From NCBI GenBank assembly GCA_905178155.1, contig CAJINV010000001.1:14095265-14159264 (forward strand): a DNA stretch of 64,000 nt, read 5' to 3'. Shown in pieces: positions 10,875 to 20,927 of the stretch. The DNA is from Amoebophrya sp. A120. Its lineage: Eukaryota; Protista; Dinoflagellata. The stretch's first letter is position 1. Each line of letters begins with the position of its first letter. The notes under the pieces were generated by a model. It ran no database searches and was not told where the DNA came from. It saw only the letters and a program-made list of their open reading frames with translations. The translations under genes and the position numbers were made by a program.

Positions 10875-12590
10875 TCAGAGCATGATCCTTTGTAGGCCGG
10901 GGCCCCATTTCTGTTCGTCGGCAAAAGTCTTCCCTAAAAACAACACCCACACCCCTGAAGTCAGGCCGAACGACAACACTAGCCCGAGAAGTTCGGTCCG
11001 CACGGACTGCATCGGGTGCGCAAGCGTCAGACACAGCAGTGGCACCAAAAAGTATCGAAATTCCAGGAGAGGTAGCGCTGCTAAAGACAACACCGTGCAA
11101 AATCCGAAGACGAAAAGCTGTGATCTGTAAGGCCCGAGCGCTAACTCCCGTGCGGTAAGAAGAGCTGTTTTTACAGCAGCTTGTTGATCTCCTTTTTTGC
11201 CGCTTGCGTCATCCTCTGACTTTGTCGTCTTTTTCTCTTTTTCATCATTACCCCCGGTGTCTCCGGCTCTACCGCCGAGGTACAACAACGTGGCTGCAGT
11301 TGCAGCCAGAGGGCACGCGACGATGCGCAGTGGTGGTTTGGAGAATACCCGGCGCCACGCGTAGAACGAAAGGTGTCGGTTGTCGGCAAGTAGGAATGGG
11401 TGTGCGAGTACCAACGTGCTGCAAAGGGAAAAGAAGACCCAAATCTTAAGTGTGAGGGCCGCCGTTTCCGCCGTTAAGAAGTCTTCTTTGAGTAACTCGA
11501 AGGTCTTCGTTATGCTTCCTGTCCGGTAGTAGTCTTCAACATTTCTTGGAAAGAAGAAGCCGAGCGTTGGGAGTAAGACACCCAGATACAGCAGCATCGC
11601 CAGGTGCGGGCTAATTTGGTGGAACTCCTGGTGTCCCAGCGCTAGTTGCCCATTGTTCCACTTCACGAACGTGAGGAAACCGACGCCAGCGGCGATGTGG
11701 AGTGGCAGTCTTCTTATCGCGATGCTGCTGCATTTTCCAATCAGCAACCGCATACCCGCGAAGGACCGCACGTGCGCAGTAACGTCGGCCATACTGGTCA
11801 GCCGGGCCTCTGTCAACAGGTCGGCGAGGGCCGCTGCGAATACCCAAACGATGTTCAGTTGTCGGGCGAACAGGCTCGCACATCCAAACACGCCTGCTGC
11901 TCTGGTGTGCCGCTCGAGGTGACATTTCAGCATGAGCAACAAAAGCAGGGTGGACAGCGTCTCGGTGTAGAAGATAAAGTGGTAGAAAAACGACACAAAT
12001 AGCAAATGCCCGCGGAGCGCACGTAGTATTACCGCTGGGATCAGCACTTCGCCTGCAGATGCAGTCGTTTTTTCGGCGGCTTTACTACCTGCTTCCGTAG
12101 TTGTGATCTCGGATCTTCCTGATCCATCTTTCCAGCTGCCACAGTAGCTGCTTCCATGATGCAGCGTCGTGAGGATGCTGACGAGTACCACAAAACATAG
12201 CGGGCCGAAGGCTAGCGCGTTGATGCCTCGCAGGAAGCCGACACTACACACAGTCGTCAGCTCAACGTCCCCCACCAGGCCGAACAGCTTACTACCCCCT
12301 GCCAACGCGGAGGACGCCGTAGCTGCAGCGAGATATATTCCCGGCGGCGTAGTTATCTTTGGATCCCACTGGACGTCTTCGAGTCTTGTAGCGTTGCAGA
12401 ATCGTTGCGCCTGCGGGACGTGAAATAATTCGTCCATGTAAGGCTCAGGAACGTGGCGCTGCATCAAGGCGTAGAGCACGCCGTGCAGGAGGATGACGAT
12501 ACCCAGGGCCTCGACAAAGGTTCCGCTCCTCATCAAGGTCTTGGGAGAAATTGCACTATCAACTTCGTGCAGACTCATGGTTTTGCGCAA
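10875..12590 (-). CDS. ALG10: Dol-P-Glc:Glc2Man9GlcNAc2-PP-Dol alpha-1,2-glucosyltransferase (ALG10/DIE2)
   Basis: VPEPYMDELFHVPQAQRFC, WDPKITTPPGIY, RQLNIVW, HPFLLADNRH, LLEFRYFLVP, C-terminal QRIML; multiple TM segments. Confidence 0.95.
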   Translation of the reverse strand: MRKTMSLHEVDSAISPKTLMRSGTFVEALGIVILLHGVLYALMQRHVPEPYMDELFHVPQAQRFCNATRLEDVQWDPKITTPPGIYLAAATASSALAGGSKLFGLVGDVELTTVCSVGFLRGINALAFGPLCFVVLVSILTTLHHGSSYCGSWKDGSGRSEITTTEAGSKAAEKTTASAGEVLIPAVILRALRGHLLFVSFFYHFIFYTETLSTLLLLLMLKCHLERHTRAAGVFGCASLFARQLNIVWVFAAALADLLTEARLTSMADVTAHVRSFAGMRLLIGKCSSIAIRRLPLHIAAGVGFLTFVKWNNGQLALGHQEFHQISPHLAMLLYLGVLLPTLGFFFPRNVEDYYRTGSITKTFELLKEDFLTAETAALTLKIWVFFSLCSTLVLAHPFLLADNRHLSFYAWRRVFSKPPLRIVACPLAATAATLLYLGGRAGDTGGNDEKEKKTTKSEDDASGKKGDQQAAVKTALLTARELALGPYRSQLFVFGFCTVLSLAALPLLEFRYFLVPLLCLTLAHPMQSVRTELLGLVLSFGLTSGVWVLFLGKTFADEQKWGPGLQRIML

Positions 12591-13735
12591 ACTTTATTTG
12601 TGGCCGCTTTCTTTTCTGGCTGCCGCTGCTCCGCCACTGGGACGCTGGCGGTAGCAACAACTTTACCCCGAAGAAACTACTCTTTACACGATCCTGAGAC
12701 TTTTATTTTCATGGTCATGCACCAGCTTGGCCGATTCATTTTTCTGCCGCCTTGGCCTTAGGCGCGTCTAACTCCGAAAAAGCGCGATCTGAAAATCAAC
12801 TTCTGTGGTAGTTGCTATTGATTCTGATCTTTCAGCAACGGTATCGGGGGTACGAGCAATGTACAATAGACTCGACTGCACCTTGATCTTCGTACATATT
12901 TGGCGCAACTAAAAAGCGGTGCCCAGATCCATGTAAGAAACGGAGTGAACGAGAACCGGCGCTCCACAAATGAGATCAACACGTCTCTCATTATCATCAA
13001 TGGCGGAACGCAGTATCTGCGATCACGTCGAATGGAATGGAACCAACCTATACTATCACGAAAATGAACACCATCAATATGCGCTGCCTGCTCTTCATGT
13101 TGCTTTGCTGGTGGTCTTAAAGTTAGTGACTGTTGCATGCGTTTGTGTGCGTTAGTGATACTGCACCATTCGTTGTACCTTCTTGATGTTGCTCTTGATG
13201 TACCAACAGCAGCATACTTGGTCGTTCATTTTTTGAAAATTTCTTGTTCTCGACCCTTTCACACGCAAGCAGGGTCGGGCTCGGCTAGCTAACTGAGAGT
13301 AAGAACCACTCTGAGGAAGTCGAACGTGCAGCCTTTTTTTCAAAATTTCATTTATCAACGTACCCAAGTCCACCAGAAAAGAACTAGAGCACCGCAACAC
13401 AGCTACTGACGAGGTATCTCTGCGTTCCAGCGTCAGCAGTCTTGACAAAATGCTCAATAGTCGAACTTTGTCTCGTTGACATGCCTCATCAACATGTAAA
13501 CAAATTATAGTAAACAAAAGTAAAAGTAAAACTAACAGTTCGGTCTCCCCCCGACCGAGAAACATAGATAAGTACTCTGACCTCTCGTAGTTCTATGGTT
13601 CTGAAAAACAAAATGCACTCGAACGAAGTCTCGCAGTTGCGAAAAGGTGCAGCAGTGCGCTCTTGGCAGCACCGTGGCGGTGATGTGAGTCGTGTGATAC
13701 GGTACCACATGAAACAAATATCTGTAATATCCTTA

Positions 13736-14719
13736 TCACAGTCCGTGTCGTTCCCGTAAGCTTTCCCACTCGGCTTTGGTTTTTTCCGTCTCCGCGGGCC
13801 GCGAAATTACAAAGAGACTAGTTTCGACAAGAATGTACCCGCCCGGATGCTGGTCGTCGTCATCGCCGGGCGAAGAGGTGGCTGCTGCCATCACGTCAAA
13901 CATGGAATTAGTGCTACTGTACGCGGTGGACGCCGCCGATGATTCTCGACGAAAGGCCCCGGGGAAAGGGAATGCTGCCTGACTATAGCCTCCACACCAA
14001 GAACTGCCGCCTCCGCAGGACCGTGGTGCGCCGACTGATACTAGAGCTCCTGACGATGTTGGTGTTGACGTAGTGCAAGCCGTGGAATTTCGTTTACGCG
14101 GTGAGTTACGAGCTGTTGTACCAGACCCAGGAATTCTGGCACCCTCCAACACCGGGGACGAGAGCGATGCGACGGGCCCGGGGAGCGCAAACGGTTCTAT
14201 GTCTTCTTCCCCAAAAGTTTGCCCACACTGGAGCGCGCGTACCGGAAAAGGGGAAGATAATATCATCTCCTCATCCGAGTGGTAGCGCTCAACATCGAAC
14301 GCAGCATGGGAAACAACAGGGGATGAGAGCCCGAGGCTGGAGGCGCTATCGGAACTTGGCCGCCGCTGGCGCCGCCGGGACGAGGACCACATTGGAGGTG
14401 GAGATGTGAACGGTGAGAGCGCCGGCGAGGAGCCCGGAGATACCATTGCCGTCGGGTTTAGAAATCCACCGGTTGCGGTTTTTTTCGGCCACGAGTTCCG
14501 CTGGACCCATGATTCTTGCGCCCGACCCCGAAGCAGGGAAGCCGCGCTGCGGGTCTTGCGTTCGTGCACCTCCACTTTCAGCAGACCCCGCTTTTCAAGT
14601 TCCGCGAGCGCGCCACTGATTTGCTCGTGAAAGAGCTTGTCTGCGCCTTGCGTGTCCATAACTTGACCGGGGTCGTGCGGGTTGCGGTAGACCTTGGTGC
14701 CAGACGTGAACACTGCCAT
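13736..14719 (-). CDS. Hypothetical Ser/Pro-rich protein (327 aa)
   Basis: Long ATG-started ORF on the gene-bearing strand; low complexity; no recognised domain. Confidence 0.6.
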   Translation of the reverse strand: MAVFTSGTKVYRNPHDPGQVMDTQGADKLFHEQISGALAELEKRGLLKVEVHERKTRSAASLLRGRAQESWVQRNSWPKKTATGGFLNPTAMVSPGSSPALSPFTSPPPMWSSSRRRQRRPSSDSASSLGLSSPVVSHAAFDVERYHSDEEMILSSPFPVRALQCGQTFGEEDIEPFALPGPVASLSSPVLEGARIPGSGTTARNSPRKRNSTACTTSTPTSSGALVSVGAPRSCGGGSSWCGGYSQAAFPFPGAFRRESSAASTAYSSTNSMFDVMAAATSSPGDDDDQHPGGYILVETSLFVISRPAETEKTKAEWESLRERHGL

Positions 14720-14903
14720 GCCATTTCCGGGCGCAAGTAAAAGCAGAACCTGTAGTAGTAGTTAATGATGCAACTCCTTTTTGTAGTAGTAGTAGCACCG
14801 TTGGAGCACCAGCAACTCCTTTTAGTACTCTCGCAAACAGCACAAAAATCTTTCTCGAACACTATTTCATTGGAAAAAATAAAAAAACATCTATCGTCAA
14901 AGA

Positions 14904-16445
14904 TCAATAATCATGAGATCGCACCTCTTCAAAAAAGTGCTGCGTCGCTTCCAGGCAGGCGGCCTGCCTCTGCTTGTCGTGCTTATGGCGACAAAACGGA
15001 ATTCCCCCGCAGCTCTGAGCGTCACCGTCGACAACTTTGCAGATGCAGAGCCCGTCGTTCATGTATACCAGATTGATCTCGTCACGCAAGTTCGGCAACA
15101 GATTTTCCCTTTTTAGACTGGAGATAATTTCGCGATTGTCAACGACGGCAGACTCCATGAGCTGCACCTCCCGCGAAAATTCCGGGTGAGAGAGCACGCC
15201 TTTGATGCGCGGCGGGGCACTACTGTCATACAACGAGGTCGCCGCGGTTGCGCGGGACGAACCCTGTGGGATCATTTCCAGAGTCTCGCCCGCGTTCTGC
15301 ACCACCAGGGTATCTTCGTGGATCGGCTCCACCGGGGGTGGGCTTGCCCGCGGTGTTGACGAGGTAGTGCGTGAAGTGCGTGGAAGCCCGCCTCCGACAC
15401 CACCAGCTGCGGTCGAGCCCGGGCGCAGAGAGGCTGGGCTGCTCGGCGACGCCCATGGAGATATACGAGATTCGGCCGGACCGGTCGCCCGCCACAGCTT
15501 GCATGTCATCGCTGGTGCTGGGTGGTCAGAAAGGTCATGATCATCGCCATCGGACACATCTTCATCTTCTTCGTCTCTTGCATAGATTTGAATTTCCATG
15601 GGGTCTGCTTCTGACTGTGGACGATTAGGTCCCCGCAGAATATCAGATAGCTCGCCCTCACTGATTAGCCGAGTCCGACGTGTTGGGACGACATCCTGCT
15701 CGTCGTCTTCGTCATCGGGAGCTTCTGCGATGCAATGGGGGGGCGAGGAGCAGGTTTCTTTGCTGATCACGGAGCAGAAGGAATGGCCGAGCCTGGAAGA
15801 TGACGCCCCACCCTGGCGAGCGCAACAGGAACAGGGCCCATCGCAGTCGTGCCTGTAAACTGTCTCACTCGGCACTCGTTTTTCCCAGTCAAAACCGAAA
15901 AGCGCGGTGTCCACGCGGGATAGATCGCCGGGAGTCATGAGGGCGAGCCTCTGCATCGGTTTCTCATCTGCTCTCCGGCAGCTAAGCTCCAGGAGCTTGA
16001 TTTCGTCTTTCTTCTCGCAACACGAGGTCGACCATACTTCTTTCTCAACTTGCACTTGGTCATGATTCTGAACTTTTGTCCCGTCAACGCCTGGCGACCC
16101 TGCGGCGGATTTTTGCTGTTCTTTCGTGCACCTGCACGGAGCCTTGGTGAAGGTCTGCTCCAAAAAGCGCACCACAGCAAGCGGATCCAATGGCAAACCG
16201 TGCTGCCAAACGTGCTTCAATTGAGCGAAATCTAGAGATTTTTCCTCAGTGTCGGGCTGGTGTGCAGGGAAATGGATGGGAGCCGATGCTCTCGTTGCGG
16301 CAGAGCTCGCATCAACATACTCTGTTCCTTGGTTCGAGGGCCGACCTCGATGAATCCCAGATCCAAAAAGGAGAGCGTCTGCCACTAGCGGAAGAAAACT
16401 ACTTCCGGCAAAGACGGCGATGCCGATGCGCTCATACGGGCCCAT
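14904..16445 (-). CDS. Hypothetical protein (513 aa) with N-terminal hydrophobic segment and Cys clusters
   Basis: Long ORF, co-oriented with neighbours; no recognised domain. Confidence 0.65.
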   Translation of the reverse strand: MGPYERIGIAVFAGSSFLPLVADALLFGSGIHRGRPSNQGTEYVDASSAATRASAPIHFPAHQPDTEEKSLDFAQLKHVWQHGLPLDPLAVVRFLEQTFTKAPCRCTKEQQKSAAGSPGVDGTKVQNHDQVQVEKEVWSTSCCEKKDEIKLLELSCRRADEKPMQRLALMTPGDLSRVDTALFGFDWEKRVPSETVYRHDCDGPCSCCARQGGASSSRLGHSFCSVISKETCSSPPHCIAEAPDDEDDEQDVVPTRRTRLISEGELSDILRGPNRPQSEADPMEIQIYARDEEDEDVSDGDDHDLSDHPAPAMTCKLWRATGPAESRISPWASPSSPASLRPGSTAAGGVGGGLPRTSRTTSSTPRASPPPVEPIHEDTLVVQNAGETLEMIPQGSSRATAATSLYDSSAPPRIKGVLSHPEFSREVQLMESAVVDNREIISSLKRENLLPNLRDEINLVYMNDGLCICKVVDGDAQSCGGIPFCRHKHDKQRQAACLEATQHFFEEVRSHDY

Positions 16446-17373
16446 TGTGACAATGATTCCGAAATGGCGTTATTGCGAATGCGATGGATATAGTATAGGT
16501 AAAGTGAGGCCAAGGGTTATACATACTTATAGGTGAAAATGGTACAAATTATATAAATTATTTTGCCCAAGGAAGCACGTATCGGCATTCTCTTCGTGGT
16601 TGCATGTAGTTGGTCGTTGCGACAGCCGAAAATGATAAAAGCGGATATACCACAAAAACAGAGTCAGAGCGAAGTAGTTATTGTCAACATTTTTAGCAAG
16701 AGGTGGCAAGATAATTGAAGATTATTAATGTCTGAAACTGAATCAAGGCATCGATTGCCAGCAATATAGTGTTGTGATTGTCGGTTTTCACAGATATCGT
16801 ACATGGAAAAACGGCGTTTAAAGTACTTGACAGATGAAGCGATGCGGTTTGTTATTTTGCTTTTAGAGCATTTGCTAGGCTTCAGGCAGTACGCGGTGCC
16901 GGCAACGAAAATTGGGAGGTATCATAATGTTGTAGCTAACTACCTTATTCTCTAGTGTCTTTCCAAAGTTAGCGCTGGGCTGTGACAAAGTAATGAAGTC
17001 AGTAGCGAAGTGGTCGGCCGAAGTTCTACCACGACAAAATCAAAGAAGGCTCCTCGTCGCATTGGCAGCACACCCCCGAAGAACTACTTACGTATTGTTT
17101 AAAATTAAGTGCAAATAATTAATAATGTCCAAAAGTGTTAGCGACAGTCTATCTCCTCTCTGTTTCTAGCTCTACGACTATCGCTTACGTTTACCGTTCG
17201 CGCCTAGGGCTATCGATGTGGTGTAATCCCGCAATACCTACTCGCCCTGATCATGGTAGTTGTGGATGGTGATATCGTTGACGCGGGAAAAGTGAGCACG
17301 GGTAGCCTTCGTCTTGTGTAAACCAGCTACGGTATGAAGATCTTTATCTACCTACGGTTTATGATTTATTGAG

Positions 17374-20260
17374 TAGGCCAGACCCGGCAGGCCCTTTTCG
17401 GTAGGTCGGTAGGTAGTTAAGTAGGGCGATGCTGTGAACTAGATAGCATTGGCGTTAGCTACCTCGTATGACGAGCGGAGTCGGATATAGAAAGCAAGCT
17501 AATTCCCGGGACAGTTTTCTTCGTAAAGATGCGTTGTGGAGGTGTTCAGCCGACTCCGTTGGTTTTGTGCATGTTGACGCGCATGAGACAAGTACGCTTC
17601 ATGACAACTACACACCTCTTCTTGTTTTGCCACGAAAATAGGGGGGCCTCCCGCACTTCTACCGTGGTTCGAAATACACACGCGGGTATCTTGTCCGGAG
17701 ATAACTGCTCCGAGGACGGAGCGCGTGTGGGCCGCTGTGCGCAGCACATGCGTTCGGGCCTGGGGAGTCACACTCTGGCGGGCTTCCATTACCATTTCCA
17801 ATGCGTGTGCCGCGTGAATGACTGACAAAACGAAAACCGCAGGCAAGTATGTGTCGCAAAGACAGAGGCTGTAGCGCGTGCCCCGCGCGTGAGATGCTTG
17901 CTCCACTTGTCACACAAAAATAAACGCACTAGACAAGACCACGCGCCATGCTGGGGCGCGGCTCAACGCGTTGCGAGCAGGCGCGCGAGGAAAGCCACGC
18001 CAAGGCGTGGCCCTTCCGAAACCTGAAATAGCTGCAGCCAGCGCATAGACACGCGGCGGAGAGCCACGCTGCTTCGACGATGCCGGGGCTGGTAGGTCGG
18101 TAGGCCGGCCCCGGCAACGATGATTGACGCTCCGCCAGGCCTTGGTCTGCTGCGAGATCTGGGGCGCAGCTGTCTACCTACCTACTGAGAAACCGAAAAA
18201 GTGCCGCCCACACATTTGCAACCGACGCAGAAGGCCATGCCCAGTCGTGTCCGCCGCTTCTTTCTGCTGCGCGCGCCAGGGGCGGGGGCCGAAGGCCGGC
18301 CCTCGGCCGCGGAAGCCCCGCCAATCACCTATTTTGCAGAAGCTTGGGCCCCCGCCGGCCAGATAGAAAGCCCACAGCCACGGTGGCTAGCTTGGGCGCC
18401 TGTGCAAAAGCTGGGGCGCAAACCCCCGGACGCGTTCTGTCTACATTCATACCTCGGCGCCGGAGGTGCGGACGTTTTTCGAAGCATCGAACCCGGGGGC
18501 CCCAGCCTTTGCGAGCTTTCTACGCACTTTGGTAGGGAGCTGGCTCGGTAGAAGCCTTGGGCAGTGCGGGTCGCCTAGAGCCCTCCTGCAAAACTTGGAC
18601 GCCCCGGCCTTTGCGAGATTTCTGTTGCCGCTGCATGCTCTCGGCAGCGGGGAATGAAGCTGGCCCGCAAAAGCTGGGGGCCCCAAAGTCCGCGCGCTTT
18701 CGATTTCGGCAAGTTTTGGTCTGCCTCATATGAGCTAGCTGCTAGGCCGGGGGGGCGGCCTGGTTTTAAGTTGAGCCACCTGCGCTCGGCTCGATGGCTG
18801 TGCGTGGGCCCTCTGTGCCGGCGATTGGGGTAGGTGAGTTGGGCCTGTATTCTAGAGCGCTGGCCCACGCCCCCCGCCGGCTAGTGCGGTAGCTCGGGCA
18901 GAGGGAGAGGGCGCACCCGCGCCAGACCCAGGCCCATTGCGCCGCGCCGGCAGGCGCAGCAGTAGGTAGGCCGGGCAGGTGATGCTAATGCAACACCTGC
19001 CCTGTTCGCCGGGCAGGTGTAACACTTGCCCGGACCGGAAGGATCAGGGCAGTGTGGTGGCGCGGATCAGCCGCGCCACCACACAACCGACAGCAATAGG
19101 TGGACCGGGGGGCCCGCCTAGCCCTGATTTGCGCAGGCGGCCGGCACACCTTAGAAGGCAGGCCGGGCAACCCAACAATGACTCCCGCCGGCCCACCGCC
19201 ATCTTGGTAGGTAGGTCGGGCACTTGGCCTAGCTGGCACCGGTCGGGGCCAGCTACGGGCCGTCGGAGCCAGGCCCGGAAGGCCGGGCTTTTCTGATCGC
19301 CGCCAGCGACGCACAACCCAGACCCGCCGTCTGGTAGGTAGATCGGGTAGGGCGCGGCCGCGGAACTCGGAGCGCCGCCAGCTACACCAGCCAGAGGGCG
19401 GGGGTAGGTAGGTCGGGCGCGTTGCAGTTCCCCGGCCCAAGCCACTTGCAGTCTGCGGCACATGGTAGGTAGGTCGGGTAGATGGGTCGGGGACAGAGGT
19501 CAAAAGGCAACCGGGTGGAGTAGGTAGGTAGGGGAGGTAGGAAATTTCTGGCCGGCGCGCTTCTGTTGGGCGCCTCTAGCTGGCATCAGCCCGCCCTACC
19601 TACTGCACGGCGTTGCCTGCATGTAGTTGGCGCAAGTCGGAAGCGAAGCCTCGACCCTGCCGGCCTACATGCACATAAGTAGGTAGGTCGAGTAGATCCG
19701 GGAATGTTGCCTAGCGGCAGCTACGGGCCGCGCTCCATAGTAGGTAGGTCGGGCGGGTCGGGGATCTCTTATCTGCGCGGCCCGCATACACAACGACTAC
19801 TAGTCGCTGGTAGTAGGTAGGTAGGGCAGACCGGAGATCATCTCTGACCCACCCGCGCGAGCTAGCGGCGCCGGGCGGACGTAGGTAGGTAGGGCACGTC
19901 GGGAATTGTTGAAAGGCGCCTGCTAAGAGATAGGGCGAGTCGTAGGTAGGTAGATTGGCGCCCTGTGATCCGCACCAGCTACGGAGGCTAGTCACTAGTA
20001 GGTAGGTAGGGCGGCCCGAGACCTATGCTCTGTGGCAGCTCGGCCGATAGTAGTAGGTAGGTCGGGTACCTCGCCCCGCGCTGGGACGTGCATGACTGTG
20101 GCCAACCCGATAAAGGTAGGTAGGTAGGAGGGTAAAACCACGGGAGGAAAGACACTACGACCGCGCTCGAGGTAGCTAACGCCAATGCTATCTAGTTCAC
20201 AGCATCGCCCTACTTAACTACCTACCGACCTACCGAAAAGGGCCTGCCGGGTCTGGCCTA
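17374..20260. mobile_element. Non-autonomous DNA transposon-like element, ~2.9 kb, perfect 93-bp TIRs (the outer TA is the probable target-site duplication)
   Basis: 17374-17466 is the exact reverse complement of 20168-20260 (TAGGCCAGACCCGG...GTTAGCTACCTCG). GC-rich interior; no transposase ORF seen. Confidence 0.92.
19207..20128 (+). repeat. Regularly interspaced GTAGGTAGG(T[C/A]GGG) motif array inside the TIR element
   Basis: Copies at ~19207, 19334, 19404, 19465, 19520, 19595 (inverted), 19679, 19740, 19813, 19881, 19942, 19998, 20053 and 20116, separated by non-identical spacers. Confidence 0.9.
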
Positions 20261-20927
20261 TTGGATTTATTCGCATAATCAACTCACGGCCTACTTCTTT
20301 CTCAGAGTGTAATCATAGGGTTAATGTGTTAATGATCTCCTCGGTGGCGACGATCGGAGAACTTCGTTTCTTCGATCTTACAAGATCTGGTCCCACTGCA
20401 GGATGGGGCTGGGGACTTTGTCGTGCATCCTCCACGCACCCTGCGAAGATCTCCACGATTCAACGAAATCTGAGCTAATGAAGATCAGGAGCAGTGTTGT
20501 GTATGCAATAAATCTATGATCCGTACAGCGTCGACTCTACAGCTGACATGTTGGACGCACGATGGACCTCCCTCGGACGATGTTGCTGTATACACGATTT
20601 GGACTTGTTTTGACGACGATGAGGAGGATCGAAGTGAAAACGTAAAACGACATAGCCGGAGCAACGATTCATTCCAAGGCAAGTGAGCTTTGACCCTGAA
20701 GCGAAGTTTATTTTGGTACGGGCGAGGGGTGACGTTAACATTAACTTCTCCTTCTCCACCCCGACGTAACGTTACATCACCTTCAGTGCAAACTGCATCT
20801 GTAGAAGAACATCACAACTAAGACGCAGATAAGACATTTCGTCCAATTAGGACGATGCCACTCTCTGAAAAAATGTTCGTTGATGTTGTCGTCGTTCGCT
20901 GTGTCGCTGCAAGAAATTCATTCAAAT

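Noticed and set aside
17221-17280. U1 snRNA-like words (TACCATGATCA, CAGGGCGAG) on the minus strand
   Set aside because: No ATACTTACCTG 5' end, stem-loops or Sm site in the right arrangement.
19207-20128. CRISPR array
   Set aside because: The repeat core is only 9-14 bp and variable, there are no cas genes, and the context is a eukaryotic transposon-like element.
17499-20185. ORFs inside the TIR element (PTYL-rich peptides)
   Set aside because: Short GC-rich open frames produced by the GGTA motif; no transposase or other domain motifs.
16450-20760. Small gene interrupted by the TIR element
   Set aside because: Short exon-like stretches flank the element, but I could not assemble a convincing frame or motif.
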